The notes: generated by a model from the sequence alone, not told the origin. Shown: positions 1 to 13,342, counted from the first letter of the stretch. The stretch: DNA of 64,000 nucleotides from Octopus vulgaris (GCA_951406725.2 OX597815.1:47678001-47742000), one strand, 5' to 3'. Translations and numbers: made by a program.

Positions 1-210
1 TTTGTGTGTCTGTGTTTATTCCCCCAACATCGCTTGACAACCGATGGTGGTGTGTTTACGTCCCCGTAACTTAGCAGTTAGGCAAAAGAGACTGATAGAA
101 TAAGTACTAGGCTTACAAAGAATAAGTCCTTGGTCGATTTTCTCCACTATAGGCGGTGCTCCAGCATGGCCACAGTCAAATGACTGAAACAAGTAAAAGA
201 TTAAAGAGTA
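1..210 (+). mobile_element. 3' half of abundant SINE family D (tRNA/CORE-like head, internal microsatellite, tail ending ...gtcaaatgactgaaacaagtaaaaga)
   Basis: Same sequence recurs many times in the window (8265, 37425, 40420, 49420, 60085 and others). Confidence 0.8.
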
Positions 211-227
211 AAGAGAGAGAGAGAGGG

Positions 228-267
<40 letters not shown>

Positions 268-673
268 TGTGTGTGTGTGCGTAGTCTTCTGTATCGTAGG
301 GCTGTGAGTAAATTTGGTAGATAGCAAGTGTAAAATGCGTCAATAAGTGTGTCTGTGTGTATGTATGTTTGTATATATCTACTTATGTATGTATATGTAA
401 GTTATGCATGTATGCTTATATATATATATATATATATATATCTCTATATGTATGTATATGTACATGTGTGTGTGTGTTGTACATGCATTATGTGGATTAT
501 ATTTTCAATCAAGATATTACAAGCCTATCTGTTTCACCAAGTGCTTCAATTCTATGCATGTACATATATTTATTAGATTACTGATATTTATGAATAGTTT
601 CTCCCATTGTGTTGATGAGTCATTTTCTATCATGAATAAAACTGCCAGCATTTTTGTCGGTACGGGTGCACTG

Positions 674-758
<85 letters not shown>

Positions 759-776
759 TGATGATAAATAATAATG

Positions 777-840
<64 letters not shown>

Positions 841-850
841 TAATAAAAAT
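674..850. repeat. (AAT)n microsatellite, apparent target of the adjacent R4/Dong fragment
   Basis: Directly visible tandem triplets. Confidence 0.97.
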
Positions 851-1320
851 AATAAAAAGATCAGACAAAAAAGGTGTGTTTATTAATTGACATGAGTATT
901 CCTTGCGATGACAATATAGCGGCGAAAGAATTTGACAAGATCGGTAAATATAAAGACTTGCTAATAGAAATTGAAAAAATGTGGCATCTCAAGACGACTA
1001 CAGTACCAGTGATTGTAGGATCTCTAGGAATGATAAAAAAGGTACTGAAACCTATTTGAAAATGATACCAGGCTTACCATTCCTACAGGAAGTGCAAAAA
1101 ATCGTGTTAACTGGAACGACTCATGTACCGAGAAGAGCATTATCGCTGTGAAAACAGTATCCATTCATGAATTTATTTATTTATTAATCTTTAAATACAT
1201 ATTTTATCTGTGAATTTGCGTGTGTTATTTGGGAATGCATACAATGAGCTTCTCTGCCCTAGGTGTACGGAAAACACCCGGCGAGAAACGGAAGAAAATT
1301 TGAAGAAGGAAAAAACATAA
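851..1320 (+). mobile_element. 3' end of R4/Dong-clade LINE: restriction-like endonuclease C-terminus plus 3'UTR, frameshifted
   Basis: Translates IKDQTKKVCLLIDMSIPCDDNIAAKEFDKIGKYKDLLIEIEKMWHLKTTTVPVIVGSLGMIK, then after a 1-nt shift near 1037 GTETYLKMIPGLPFLQEVQKIVLTGTTHVPRRALSL* (stop 1149-1151). This is the typical RLE LID..P / KxxKY / VPVIVG.LG pattern. Ends in TAA repeats. Confidence 0.9.
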
Positions 1321-1327
1321 TAATAAC

Positions 1328-1364
1328 AATCATCATCATCATCATCATCATCATGAGGATGATG

Positions 1365-1440
<76 letters not shown>

Positions 1441-1477
1441 CGACGACGATGACGATGACGACGATGACGACGACGAC

Positions 1478-1508
<31 letters not shown>

Positions 1509-1615
1509 TAGAAGAAGAAGAACAAGAACAAGAACAAGAACAAGAAGAAGAAGAAGAAGAAGAAGAAGAAGAAGAAGAAGAAGAAGAAGAAGAAGAAGAA
1601 GAAGAAGAAGAAGAA
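1328..1615. repeat. Compound (CAT)/(GAT)/(GAC)/(GAA)n microsatellite
   Basis: Directly visible. Confidence 0.97.
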
Positions 1616-2465
1616 TGAACAACCAGCGTGTATGTGTGTTTTTTATTGGCATAATGACCCTCCCAAGACACAAGAAATACATTGTGACTTTGAAGATAAA
1701 TAAGCTCCGCTAGAATATAACTTTGATACTACTATAACATTCTTTGCCCATTTACATTACTGGACGTCGTGGTGGTCTTGGTTATCGAGGAAATAGTTAC
1801 ATTACTAGTGGGAGTTGTTGTTTTCAGGGTGTATTTAACAAGTATTTTACCGTTTTTTTTTAGACAGGGGATATTTTGTTTTTTTAAATTATATTTTTTA
1901 TTTCTACTAATTTGAAAACCATAGAGCAGTTCTATATATTATTTTGTATATATTTATAAGACAGAAGAGAAACGACCACATATTTTTTATATTCTAAATG
2001 AATCGGTTTTCGTCACCTCACTCGTGTTTTCCTTTTGCTATTGTTGTTTTATTGTTTGTTGTTCGTTTGTTTATTTTATTTTTTTATTTATTTATTTATT
2101 TTTTTACATGAAAGGCCTTCATTCTTCAACTAGTAAATCAAGACAATTTTTTTCATTTAGACTTCAAACTTGTGGCACTACATTTGTGTGACTGCCAACA
2201 ATAGGCGTCGAAACGTAAACATCTGTAAGTAATCTGCTCAAATTTCTGAAACTGTGAACTGAATAAACAACAAAGATAAGGAAGAAAAGGAAGAAAATGT
2301 ATTTCTTTCTGGCATAATCTTTACACACACAGGCACACATTGTATATTACATATACATCTACAGACACACGCACACACACACAAACACACACATATAATT
2401 TATATATATATATACACACATTAAATATATATAAATAACTGTATAAGTAAACATACATATATAAC

Positions 2466-2499
<34 letters not shown>

Positions 2500-2573
2500 A
2501 CCATGCATATACGCAGTGCCTGCGTATTCATATGTACAAATGTCTATGTGCGTGTATAAATATACATGCATAC

Positions 2574-2619
<46 letters not shown>

Positions 2620-2828
2620 GTATATATACATACATATATTCGTCTATATACATACTCATATATATATATATATATATCAATAAATATGTATGTGTAATAT
2701 AAGTATACATACATATAAGTATATATATGCATATGTATATGAATATATATAAATATGTATACGTATATATATATGTATATATATATGTATATCTATCTAT
2801 ATATATACACATATATATATATATATGT

Positions 2829-2888
<60 letters not shown>

Positions 2889-3724
2889 GTATATATATAT
2901 ATACAGTATATACAGTTATATACAAATGTATGTACACATATTCTTATATACGGTGTGAGTAGTATAAATAAGTTTGTTGCCTTCGTTTGATTTTTGTGAA
3001 GGGGTAGAAGTTGTGATTTTCTTATGCGAAGTGGTCAGACGATAGGTGGTGAGGGCATAGTGGGGCTGTGACCTATGTTAACTGTTATTTTAATACATTA
3101 CTTCTGCAAAATACATTTCATTTGCGACTGAAAACATACGTCACAAATATCTTTCGATTTTATCTTTATTTGGTTTTCTCTGTTTATTGTTTTGATTTCT
3201 GTTTTTCTTCTTTATTCCCCTTCTTAATCTAAATTTAAGAAAAAGAAAACATAACTTGAAAGCTGGAGGTAAACTAACTGCCTCCCCCACCCCCTATGAT
3301 GGTGATGGTTATATACATATGTACATAGGCATGTGCATATGAGAATATATTCGAAATTTCGGTTTGAGGTATGACCATCTTTCGGAGATTATGCTTTGGT
3401 GTATTTGTCAAGAATTTTTTCGTTTTAAGTTCTTTGAATTGACGAAATGGAATCTCTAATAAAGAACGAAAAGTTTCAGCATTGAAATTAGATAACAGAA
3501 GAGTAAAGAAATAATTGCTAAATTTTAAACTTTTATTACATATTTCTACTGTTCCATTTACAGATTACTTTGCAGTGTGCATGTTTTAATTATTCCCTTT
3601 CTTCAGTTGAAAACAGTCACTTTTCCAGATTATTACTTGAAGACTAAGTAACATATCTAATTGTGTAACAGACTAACACAATTATGAATGTACATCTATA
3701 AGCTGCAAGGAGAAATTGTATAAA

Positions 3725-3790
3725 CGAGAGGGTGCTAAAATGTTCTTGGCTTTGGATAACAGAAAATATAATTATATCAAATGTATTCAT
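3725..3790 (+). mobile_element. Fragment of mariner-derived MITE terminus
   Basis: gagagggtgctaaaatgttcttggctttggataa matches the terminus of the complete copy at 45399. Confidence 0.6.
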
Positions 3791-4714
3791 TTCTCTGTAG
3801 ATTGAAAACATGAAGTACAGTCTAAATCGATTTTCGAACCTTATTGGGGTCTCGTCTTAATCACTTGGCTAATCCCAAAAAACAAGAAACTAGACTTGAA
3901 ATTCAGTAGTTTAAGAGAACTAGAGTTGCTAATTAATCTGCATAGAATTAGAACTTAACGCCTTCATTATCAGCAGCCTGTCAACACTCACACGCGCATA
4001 CATACGCTTACACACACATACACACACAATTCGAACTCTCACAGACATCTATCTCTCTATGTGTATGTGTGTGTGTGTAAATTAAATGACGCGTGTATGC
4101 GCGTATTTTTATGTAAGTGTATGTGTGTTTGCAAGAGCAAAAGACCATTTTAGTTTGTATTCTGGTTAAATTCAGAGAAAATTTGCAGAGTCTTATAACT
4201 AACATTATCAGCATTGTCACTGTGGTGACATAGCTCAGATGTTAATGAGTCGTTCTGGTATGGTTACTACTAATCTTGTACGGTTTTGGTGTTCATGGTC
4301 CCTGTACGAATGAATATGATGAACTGGGTTTCGGTAATTTGGTAGTTCATAAAATGGGAAAGAGCTATTTTATGTTGCAAATCTATCCGCGTTATTGTTA
4401 AATGTAGTATGAAGAACGCAAAGTGGGGTATCAAAAACAAGAGAAATATGTGAAAAGTACTAGTTTTAATTGATGCTATGCGCTTCAAGAAACTTCTTAA
4501 AGGTACTATCTACTTTGATACCGGTTGACGTTTGCTATTATAGTGGAGGGGGATATTAAACCAAAGAATGAAAACTTTAACTAGACCCTTGAAACCTGTC
4601 CTGAGCCTACAGGTCTATGATGTCGGAGTTTATCCGAAATTTTAAGGTGTTTAGGCTGAGAATACAAGGCTTCCTCCTGAATGGAAGTCGAAAGACTAGA
4701 CACCCTAATAGACT

Positions 4715-4850
4715 TCTGTTACTTATTTTCAGTTGAATGTACTGGAGTAACATGAAATTAAATGCCTTACTTAAGAATACAATGCACTGCTTGGCCCGTG
4801 CATTGAACCCACGACCAAGCAATTGTGAACCTAACATCTTAGCCATCAGT
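4715..4850 (-). mobile_element. Decayed SINE family C fragment
   Basis: Similar to copies at 26270 and 58155 (actggagtaacatgaaattaaatgccttacttaagaatacaa). Confidence 0.55.
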
Positions 4851-5154
4851 CTTTCACCAAATAAACTGTACTGTTTGAAATTAAATGGACACATCAGAAG
4901 TTCTAGTAACAATGTTGGAAATTGGAAAGGATGGTAATGGCTAGAACGACTTTGTTCAAAGAACTTTTATTTAAAAAGCATTGGCATGGTTTCTACTGCT
5001 TGATATTCTTCTTAATGACAGCCCTTTTACAGAGTGTACTGGATGCTTTTCACGTGGCAGAAGCAACAATGAAATCACCAAGCAATATAAATACATATGC
5101 ATATAGTCCAGTGTTTATAAAGTTGTGTATAAATAAATAATACATATATTAGTC

Positions 5155-5530
5155 AATTAAATTTCAACGTTGTCCGATTTCCACAATGTATTTTTGTATT
5201 TTTACCCTTTTACAATATTAAATATTATAATATTACAAGCAGTTTCATGTATCATACTAGTAACAAAGTAAAATATACAATTTTTCAAATACATGCGATA
5301 TAATTTACTTGTTATCAACAATGTTCATGTAAATGTGGTAGTCGCATTAACAAACAGGGAATGTGCCTCACGAGAAAAGATGCTGCTTATATATTTTTTA
5401 AAAAGACCGCATATTTTACTATGTTACTTCTATAAAACATGAAAGTACTTGTCATATTGTGATACGCAGTATGGTAAAATCGTAAAATAAAAATAAAAAT
5501 GTGAAAATCGGACAACGTTGAAATTTGAAT
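5155..5530. mobile_element. Palindromic MITE/fold-back element with ~120-130 bp imperfect arms
   Basis: aaatttcaacgttgtccgatttccaca (5159) is the reverse complement of tgtgaaaatcggacaacgttgaaattt (~5500-5526). Inner arms acaagcagtttcatg...agtaaaatat and atattttact...catgaaagtacttgt also pair. Confidence 0.75.
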
Positions 5531-5846
5531 AACAAATACACACACACATATACATATACACACATATACCCACATGCCTACTTGTATGTATGTATGTATG
5601 TGTATGTCTTCTCTTTCTTTTTGTAATTCTATAGGAAATTTTGACCGGCCCCTACTTAGTAGCAAGACTGTGAAGAAAAATATCTTTTATTAACCATCAT
5701 CCTTTAAATGTTAAGAAGATCTTGCAGATCTTTATAGTCCCAGATATCCTGATCATTTGTAGCATATGAATTAAGGATATGCATTCTCTCCCCAAGTTTC
5801 CAAGTTCAGCCATACTTTGCTCGGTTGGTATGTATCTTGTTGCTCC

Positions 5847-5916
<70 letters not shown>

Positions 5917-6206
5917 GGTGTGAAGTTGAAAGTATATATTGGATTTGCAAACTCCTTATCAATGGTACACAGATGTCCTATATTTGTGTCCAGCTAAAAC
6001 TGCAAAAACATCACAAAAATATCACAAAAAGCTGCTAGTCAGAGTTTCCCGTTCGTCGGATAATTCAGACTGAGAACGGAACAAAATAAAGTTTGTATGT
6101 ATAAATTTACATTGACAAAAACACATTTGAAATTAATTTCTCTTCATAGGACCTTTCAACTAACTATATTTGTATCCAGGGCAGCTGATTTCCACAACAG
6201 AACACG

Positions 6207-6238
<32 letters not shown>

Positions 6239-6271
6239 TGTATGTATGTATGTATTATATATTTATATATG

Positions 6272-6807
6272 CATATATAAGTAAATAAATGGTACAACAA
6301 GGCACCAATATTTACTGGAAAATAGCAATCGTAATAAATACGACGCTATTGTGTAGCTCCACTGCGTATATACTAGCAAAGACGCGTGTGTGCAACAAAC
6401 ATGAAAAAAAATTGACTTATTTCTAGGAAAACCTAGAATCGGAAAACCTAGGAAAACCTAGAATCGGATAATGCAGGACCGGTTTCAGACTCTTCAAATA
6501 CGTTTGACAACGTAGATTTGATTTGTCTTCATCAGCTGCATATACTTAGACAATATTTCAAATGTTGCCACATCTATGCCAGTACACTCGTCTGAACTCC
6601 AAAACGTTAACAGAACGATAACATTGAAGCAGTTTCAATGAGAATAATAATGCAATACGAAAGTACTGCTCTCCAGTAAAAGATAGCCCGTAAGGGTAAA
6701 ATTATACATATAAAAGTAAATAAATGGTACAACAAGGCACCGATATTTACTGGAAAATAGCAATCGTAATAAATACGACGCTATTGTATAGCCTCACTGC
6801 GTAAATA
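6272..6807 (-). mobile_element. 435-bp-period hammerhead-bearing element with ~100-bp terminal direct repeat (retrozyme or Penelope pLTR-like)
   Basis: Near-identical repeats at 6272-6373 and 6707-6807, a hammerhead at 6471-6541, and (TATG)/(TA)n flanks. Confidence 0.8.
6471..6541 (-). ncRNA. Type I hammerhead ribozyme, intact core
   Basis: Minus strand reads atgcag CTGATGA agac[aaatcaaatctacgttgtcaaacgtatttgaaga]gtct GAAA ccgg TC ctgcat. Stem I is 6 bp, stem II has an extended hairpin, stem III is the palindrome ACCGGT. Predicted cut after GUC, between 6477 and 6476. Confidence 0.85.
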
Positions 6808-6837
6808 TATATATATTCTCGGAATATATATATATAT

Positions 6838-6985
6838 CATCATCATCATCATCATCATCGTTTAACGTCCGCTTTCCATGCTAGCATGGGTTGGACGGTT
6901 CAACTGGGGTCTGGCAAGCTCGAAGGCTGCACCAGGCCAGTCAAATCTGGCAGTGTTTCTACAGCTGGATGCCCTTCCTAACGCG
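6838..6985 (-). mobile_element. 3' end of a SINE/RTE-type retroposon with (GAT)n tail
   Basis: Minus strand reads gcgttaggaagggcatccagctgtagaaac...ccaacccatgctagcatggaaagcggacgttaaacgatgatgat. Confidence 0.7.
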
Positions 6986-7011
6986 CAGTATGGCCGCTGT
7001 CAAATGAGTGA

Positions 7012-7074
<63 letters not shown>

Positions 7075-7077
<3 letters not shown>

Positions 7078-7720
7078 TAACAAAGATGTACATATATCAA
7101 TTCATTACTGCCGTTTCAAGCGGCTCCTTTGATTGATTAATGAAAACATTACATCAATTTGAAACAAACCGTTTGAAACGGCGGTAATAAATTGACACTT
7201 GCACATCCTTTTTACTCTTTTAAGTTCAATTAACTTGAAATCTGCACTTCGGAAATACTGTAGGAAGTACCTTTATAAAACTATATGTCTGAATTACCAA
7301 GAGCGGATGTCTTCTCTTAGCTGGGTTGCATTGTCTGCACACTCTGCATGAATATCAGGTACAAACACCTCTGCACGGTTCTTGATAATCAATATTCAAT
7401 TATAAGGCGGCGAGCTGGCAGAAACGTTAGCACGCTGGGCGAAATGCGTAGCCGTATTTCGTCTGCCGCTACGTTCTGAGTTCAAATTCCGCCGAGGTCG
7501 ACTTTGCCTTTCATCCTTTCGGGGTCGATAAATTAAGTACTAGTTACGCACTGGGGTCAATGTAATCGACTTAATTCGTTTGTCCACTCTGTGTGTAGCC
7601 CCTTGTGGGTAATAAAGAAACACATATTCAATTAATATTGTTTGAGTACACGTATTACACCGACCTAGCAAGGTGCCTCAATTTAATTACCTAATTCAAC
7701 TAAATTTTGATTATATTTTA
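7075..7720 (+). mobile_element. Fold-back element related to the 33271 palindrome family, interrupted by a SINE
   Basis: Inverted arms at 7075-7125 and ~7170-7217. Shares ccgtttcaagcggctc and the 3' end ggtgcctcaatttaattacctaattcaacta with 33271-33903. Confidence 0.7.
7403..7623 (+). mobile_element. SINE family B (tRNA-like head, MetaSINE-like ggtcgactttgcctttcatcctttcggggtcgataaattaagtac core) with TSD
   Basis: Full copy flanked by atattcaatta at 7392-7402 and 7624-7634. Confidence 0.85.
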
Positions 7721-7788
7721 CACACATACACACACACACATATATATATATATATACATACACACATATATGTATATATGGTAGGTAT

Positions 7789-8160
7789 GTGGAGGCGCAA
7801 TGGCCCAGTGGCTGCGGACTTGCGGTCGTGGAATCGCGGTTTCGATTCTCAGACCGGGTATTACGAGTGTTTATTGAGCGAAAAGGCCTAAATCTCCGCA
7901 GGGCTCCGGAAGTGGGGGGGGACAAACCCTGCTGAACTCTCTCCCCACAATTTTCTGTTACTCTTTCTCTTGTACCTGTATTTCAAAGGGCCAGCCTGGT
8001 CAGATACTGTGACGCTGAATCTCCCCGAGAACTACGTTAAGGGTACACATGTCTGTGGATTGCTCAGCCACTTACACGTTAATTTCATGAGCAGGATGTT
8101 ACGTTGATCGGATCAGCTGGTTTGCCTTCGTATCCGACGGAGTACCACGGTGATGTGGAG
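7789..8160 (+). mobile_element. tRNA-derived SINE family A, tail type 1
   Basis: A-box tggcccagtgg and B-box ggtttcgattctc; colinear with 19807-20191. Confidence 0.85.
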
Positions 8161-8193
8161 ATATATATATATATATATATATACATATACTTA

Positions 8194-8244
<51 letters not shown>

Positions 8245-8264
8245 GTGTGTGTGTGGGTGTACAC

Positions 8265-8578
8265 TCGTGGCTGTGTGTTAGAAGCTTGCTTCCCAACCAC
8301 ATAGTCACGGGTTCAGACATATACACACACGTACATATATATATATAGCCTTGGGCCGACCAATAGCCTTGGGCCGACCAAAGCTTTGTGACTTTCAAAT
8401 TTGGAAGACGGAAACTGAAAGAAGCCCGTCGTATACATATTTGTATATATCTATGTGTGTGTCTGTGTACCTGTATTTTTTCTCCCATCATCGCTTAACA
8501 ACCGATGTTGGTGTCTTTAACTCTCCGTAATCTAGCGGTTTGGCAAAGATACAATACAATAAGTACTAGGCTTTAAAT
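8265..8578 (+). mobile_element. SINE family D, internally disrupted
   Basis: Head gtggctgtgtgttagaagcttgcttcccaaccac plus the family tail; short tandem duplication of atagccttgggccgacca. Confidence 0.75.
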
Positions 8579-9074
8579 TGATGGATGGTTCCATTCACTC
8601 GTTGCCATAATGTCCTGGGCCCGATCCTACTGTCCCTAGTTGTAGCAGTGGCAGAAAAAAATCAGGTGGCAACCTGTCAGGTGACTTGTTATTCAAAACG
8701 TACAACATTTTTACACACTGCATCACGCTCACTCTTCATTTGAATTACGTACAGGTATACACATGTCCGTGAAATACTCAGCCACTTGCATGTTAATTTA
8801 GGGGCAGGTTCTTCAGTCTGATGATCGAGAAAGGGATTTTTCATCGTCGATTGAAGAAAATGCATCACCACCTTATGCATGAAATGCATATATGCACATA
8901 CATAGCTACATACATACATATACGTGTGTGTGTATGTATACATATATACACATATATATGCATATATACATACATATATACATATACATGCATATACATA
9001 CGTATATACACAGACGTATACACATATATATATATTCATATAAACGTGTATGTGTGTGCGTATCCATGCATGTA

Positions 9075-9166
<92 letters not shown>

Positions 9167-9171
<5 letters not shown>

Positions 9172-9789
9172 AAATCAAATTGCGATAAAGTAAAAATAAT
9201 TATAATCGCTGGTATTTCTAACACAAGCCATATATTTTCCATATATCAGTACATTAAGGCGAAATATGTGCTAGGAACACAGAAGCTAGATAAATTTAGT
9301 GAAGTGAAGATAAAAACATTTACTAACTCGGTTATTCTCAGACTGCAGTTTCTTTCTTTTCAGCAATAAGGATAATTTATTTGCTCAGGGAGAATTCATC
9401 AGTGAGAGCCCTGTTTTTCTGAGATCCTAACTCACTAGAAGCATGTGCTTCTAATGATTTACTCTCTCTAACTAATCAGATCACTGCGCAGACTCCGAAC
9501 GTCCCGACAAAACTAGGGATTTCTGGTATATCGTCTAGCGCTCGAAATTTATCGAGAAATATGTAAACAAATCAAATTGTGATAAAATAAAAATAATTAT
9601 AATCGCTGGTATTTCTAACACAAGCCATATATTTTCCATATATCAGTACATTAAGGCGAAATATGTGCTAGGAACACAGAAGCTAGATAAATTTAGTGAA
9701 GTGAAGATAAAAACATTTACTAACTCGGTTATTCTCAGACTGCAGTTTCTTTCTTTTCAGCAATAAGGATAATTTATTTGCTCAGGGAG
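9167..9789 (-). mobile_element. 397-bp-period hammerhead-bearing partial tandem element
   Basis: ~225-bp near-identical direct repeats (9167-9392 and 9564-9789) starting at a (TA)n tract; the second copy is cut by a SINE. Confidence 0.8.
9336..9407 (-). ncRNA. Type I hammerhead ribozyme (one mismatch at the base of stem II)
   Basis: Minus strand reads tctca CTGATGA attct...agcaaataa..ttattgct..agaaa GAAA ctgcag TC tgaga. Stem III is the palindrome ACTGCAGT. Confidence 0.75.
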
Positions 9790-10026
9790 TGATCACCGTG
9801 ACCGACCAGGTTATCAGAAGTTGCTACACATCGCTGGTCACAATGCACTTCGCATTGTTTTAGCCTTGAAATGACGCCCCTCCGCTGGCTAAGCGAGCAG
9901 GCCAACAGAAGAAAGAGTGAGTGTTGTGGCGAAAGAGTACAGGACCCTTTCGCCGGAGCCTCGTGGAGCTTTAGGTGTTTTCGCTCAATAAACACTCACA
10001 ACGCCTGGTCTGGGAATAGAAACCGT
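9790..10026 (-). mobile_element. SINE family A, tail type 2, 5'-truncated
   Basis: Shared body gtgtttattgagcgaaaacacctaaagctccacgaggctccgg with a different tail (...gcattgtgaccagcgatgtgtagcaac...). Confidence 0.8.
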
Positions 10027-10069
10027 GTATAGATGTATAGATATATGCTATATATATAAACATGTATAT

Positions 10070-10246
10070 CTTTATCTTTTACTTGTTTCAATTATCTGAT
10101 TGCACGTACACTGGAACATCGCCCGTACAACTTTTAGTCGAACAAATCGATCCTAGCACATATTTTTAAGCCATGAACTTACTTTATCGGTAGTTTTTGC
10201 CAAACTGTTAGCAAATTAAGAACTGTTTTCAAATAGGGAAGAGGAA

Positions 10247-10284
<38 letters not shown>

Positions 10285-10520
10285 GCACACACGCACACAT
10301 GCGTGCATACGCACACATGCACGCAGACGCACACTTATATACTCACAAAATATATTACAGTTCTATATTTAAGAAATGAGGAATTATGTGAATTATTTAT
10401 ATTTGGTTGGCCTGGGAGCTACAGTAGAAGTCATCGCCCACGATGCCACGCAGTAGGACCGAACCCGGAACTATGTGTTGAGGAGCAAACATCTTGCCAC
10501 GCAGCCACAACTGCGCCTAT
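10070..10520 (-). mobile_element. Decayed SINE family D
   Basis: Tail at 10070-10215 and head at ~10420-10515, separated by a (CA)n tract. Confidence 0.65.
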
Positions 10521-10563
10521 GTGCAAATACATTCACATGTATGTATGTAAGCATGTATGCATG

Positions 10564-10608
<45 letters not shown>

Positions 10609-10619
10609 GTATGTATATT

Positions 10620-10650
<31 letters not shown>

Positions 10651-10676
10651 TCATATATACATATATACATGCATAC

Positions 10677-10741
<65 letters not shown>

Positions 10742-11286
10742 CATATATATATGTGTGTGCGTGTGTGTGTATGTATGTAAGAATATCGTGTTTATTCTTT
10801 AATTTATTTTTTCAAAGAACAACAACTTTTTTTGTAGGCAGTTGCTCTGACGTTCTTTTCTAAATCACACGTAAAAACCTTAACAAACCCACACAAAACA
10901 AGCCTGAACCACCGAACATAAACAAAGGAAATTAAAATTAGTATAAAACCATTTACACATCTAATCTTGTCGTCTTTCTTTTCCGTACCATTTATATTCA
11001 TTTCTTTTCTTCCATCTCTCAAACCTTATTGTAAATTCCCTTATTCTTGTTGTTGTTGTTGTTGTTGTTAATGTTGTTACTGCTGATGCAGTATTCTGTA
11101 GTACGTTCGTTATAATTTTTTTTAATGTGTTTGTTATGATTTCCAATTATTGTGTTGTTATTGTCTATTTTTGTTTTATTATTTCTTCATGTTTTCCATT
11201 CTATATTTAATAGCATTTATTTCATTATCTTTCCTTCTTTTTATTGTTATTCACGAATGTCTTTTTCAGTTTCCATTTTATTTTTA

Positions 11287-11335
<49 letters not shown>

Positions 11336-11439
11336 CATTATTGTTATTATCATTATCATTATTACTACTACTACTACTACTATCATCATCATCGTCATCA
11401 TTATTTTCATAATAATAATAATAATAAAAATATTATTAT

Positions 11440-11492
<53 letters not shown>
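11287..11492. repeat. (ATT)/(ACT)/(AGT)n compound microsatellite
   Basis: Directly visible. Confidence 0.95.
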
Positions 11493-11932
11493 TTGCTATT
11501 GTTCTTCAATGTTAGTTATAGTTGACCTCACAGTTTGTATCGTTGCTAACGCAGATTGTTCCTTTTATTGTTGTTTACTAGCCTTTCCTAACATGTCTCC
11601 CACCCTGCCGCCGTTTTACTTATATACCTTGTAAGATTTAATTTAAAAAAAAAAAAAATTCTGAATATATATTTATTTATTTTTTTTCGTTTCATTATTT
11701 TTCTCATTTCATTATTTTCATTTTCGAAATAAGCAAAAAATTCTCGGATAAGTAGCGACAAACTCTGTATAAATTAAATCTGGTTTACAAGAAAAAGAAA
11801 ATGAAGTCTGAGGTTTAATAATATATAATATATAAACCTTTGTGTGTGTGTGCATACATACATGTATAGAAACATAGATAAATAGTTACGTATATTCACA
11901 CACGCATTAGCATATGTGTGTATATATATACA

Positions 11933-12007
<75 letters not shown>

Positions 12008-12198
12008 TCACACACACGTACACTCAAACACACGCTCTCACACAGACTTACATTCATACATATTTACATATATAAGTTTAAATATATTAAACGGCAAATT
12101 TGCGCATGTGTGAGAATTTGTGAAAATATGTATGTATGGGCGTTTATAACCGCCGCACTTATCTGTGTGATTCGTAAATATATATAAACACAAAGAAA

Positions 12199-12244
<46 letters not shown>

Positions 12245-12452
12245 GTTTACGCACCTGTATACGTCTATCTGTAAATATATGTGTGTGTGTGTGTTTGTGT
12301 GTGACTGTGCATGTGTTTCTGTGACCTGTCTCTTAGCGTATGGGTGTGTATGCGTGTGTTTGTGTATATTTTTGTACGTGCACGTGTGTGTGTGTGTATA
12401 TATACATATATAAATATTCATTTATAAATAGATACACAAATACGAAAAATAT

Positions 12453-12755
<303 letters not shown>

Positions 12756-13282
12756 AGCAGAGCATGAATATGCATGTTTGTATGCCCGTATCTGCATACA
12801 CCTATCTATGCATGTATATCTATGCGTGTATGCATATATGTATGCATGCACGTATGTATGCATGTATGTATATGTGTATGTGTGTGTTTGTGTATGTGAG
12901 TGTGCACGTTCCTACGCATGAACGTAGTATGTATGTATGTATGCATGTATGTATGTACGTGTATATTGCTAAGTTGTTGGCACCATATTATATTAGTGGC
13001 AATTGCTGAAATATTTCTTCCCTGCATTTTGAAATAACTTTATGTTTCTCATTTTGTTATGTTATTTTTTACTCATTTTTATGTATATTTACAAATTTTT
13101 CTTTGTCCTAACATTTTGTTTACAATCAAAAATACATTTACTCGCTTTTTTTTTTGTTCACTATAACATTATTATGCTTGTTTGTTATTATTGTTTATCT
13201 GTCTATCTTTTTGTTACTTTTGTTGATATAGTGGGTTTTGTTGTTGTTGTTGTAACTATTGTATGTATGCGTATGTGTTTGC

Positions 13283-13342
<60 letters not shown>

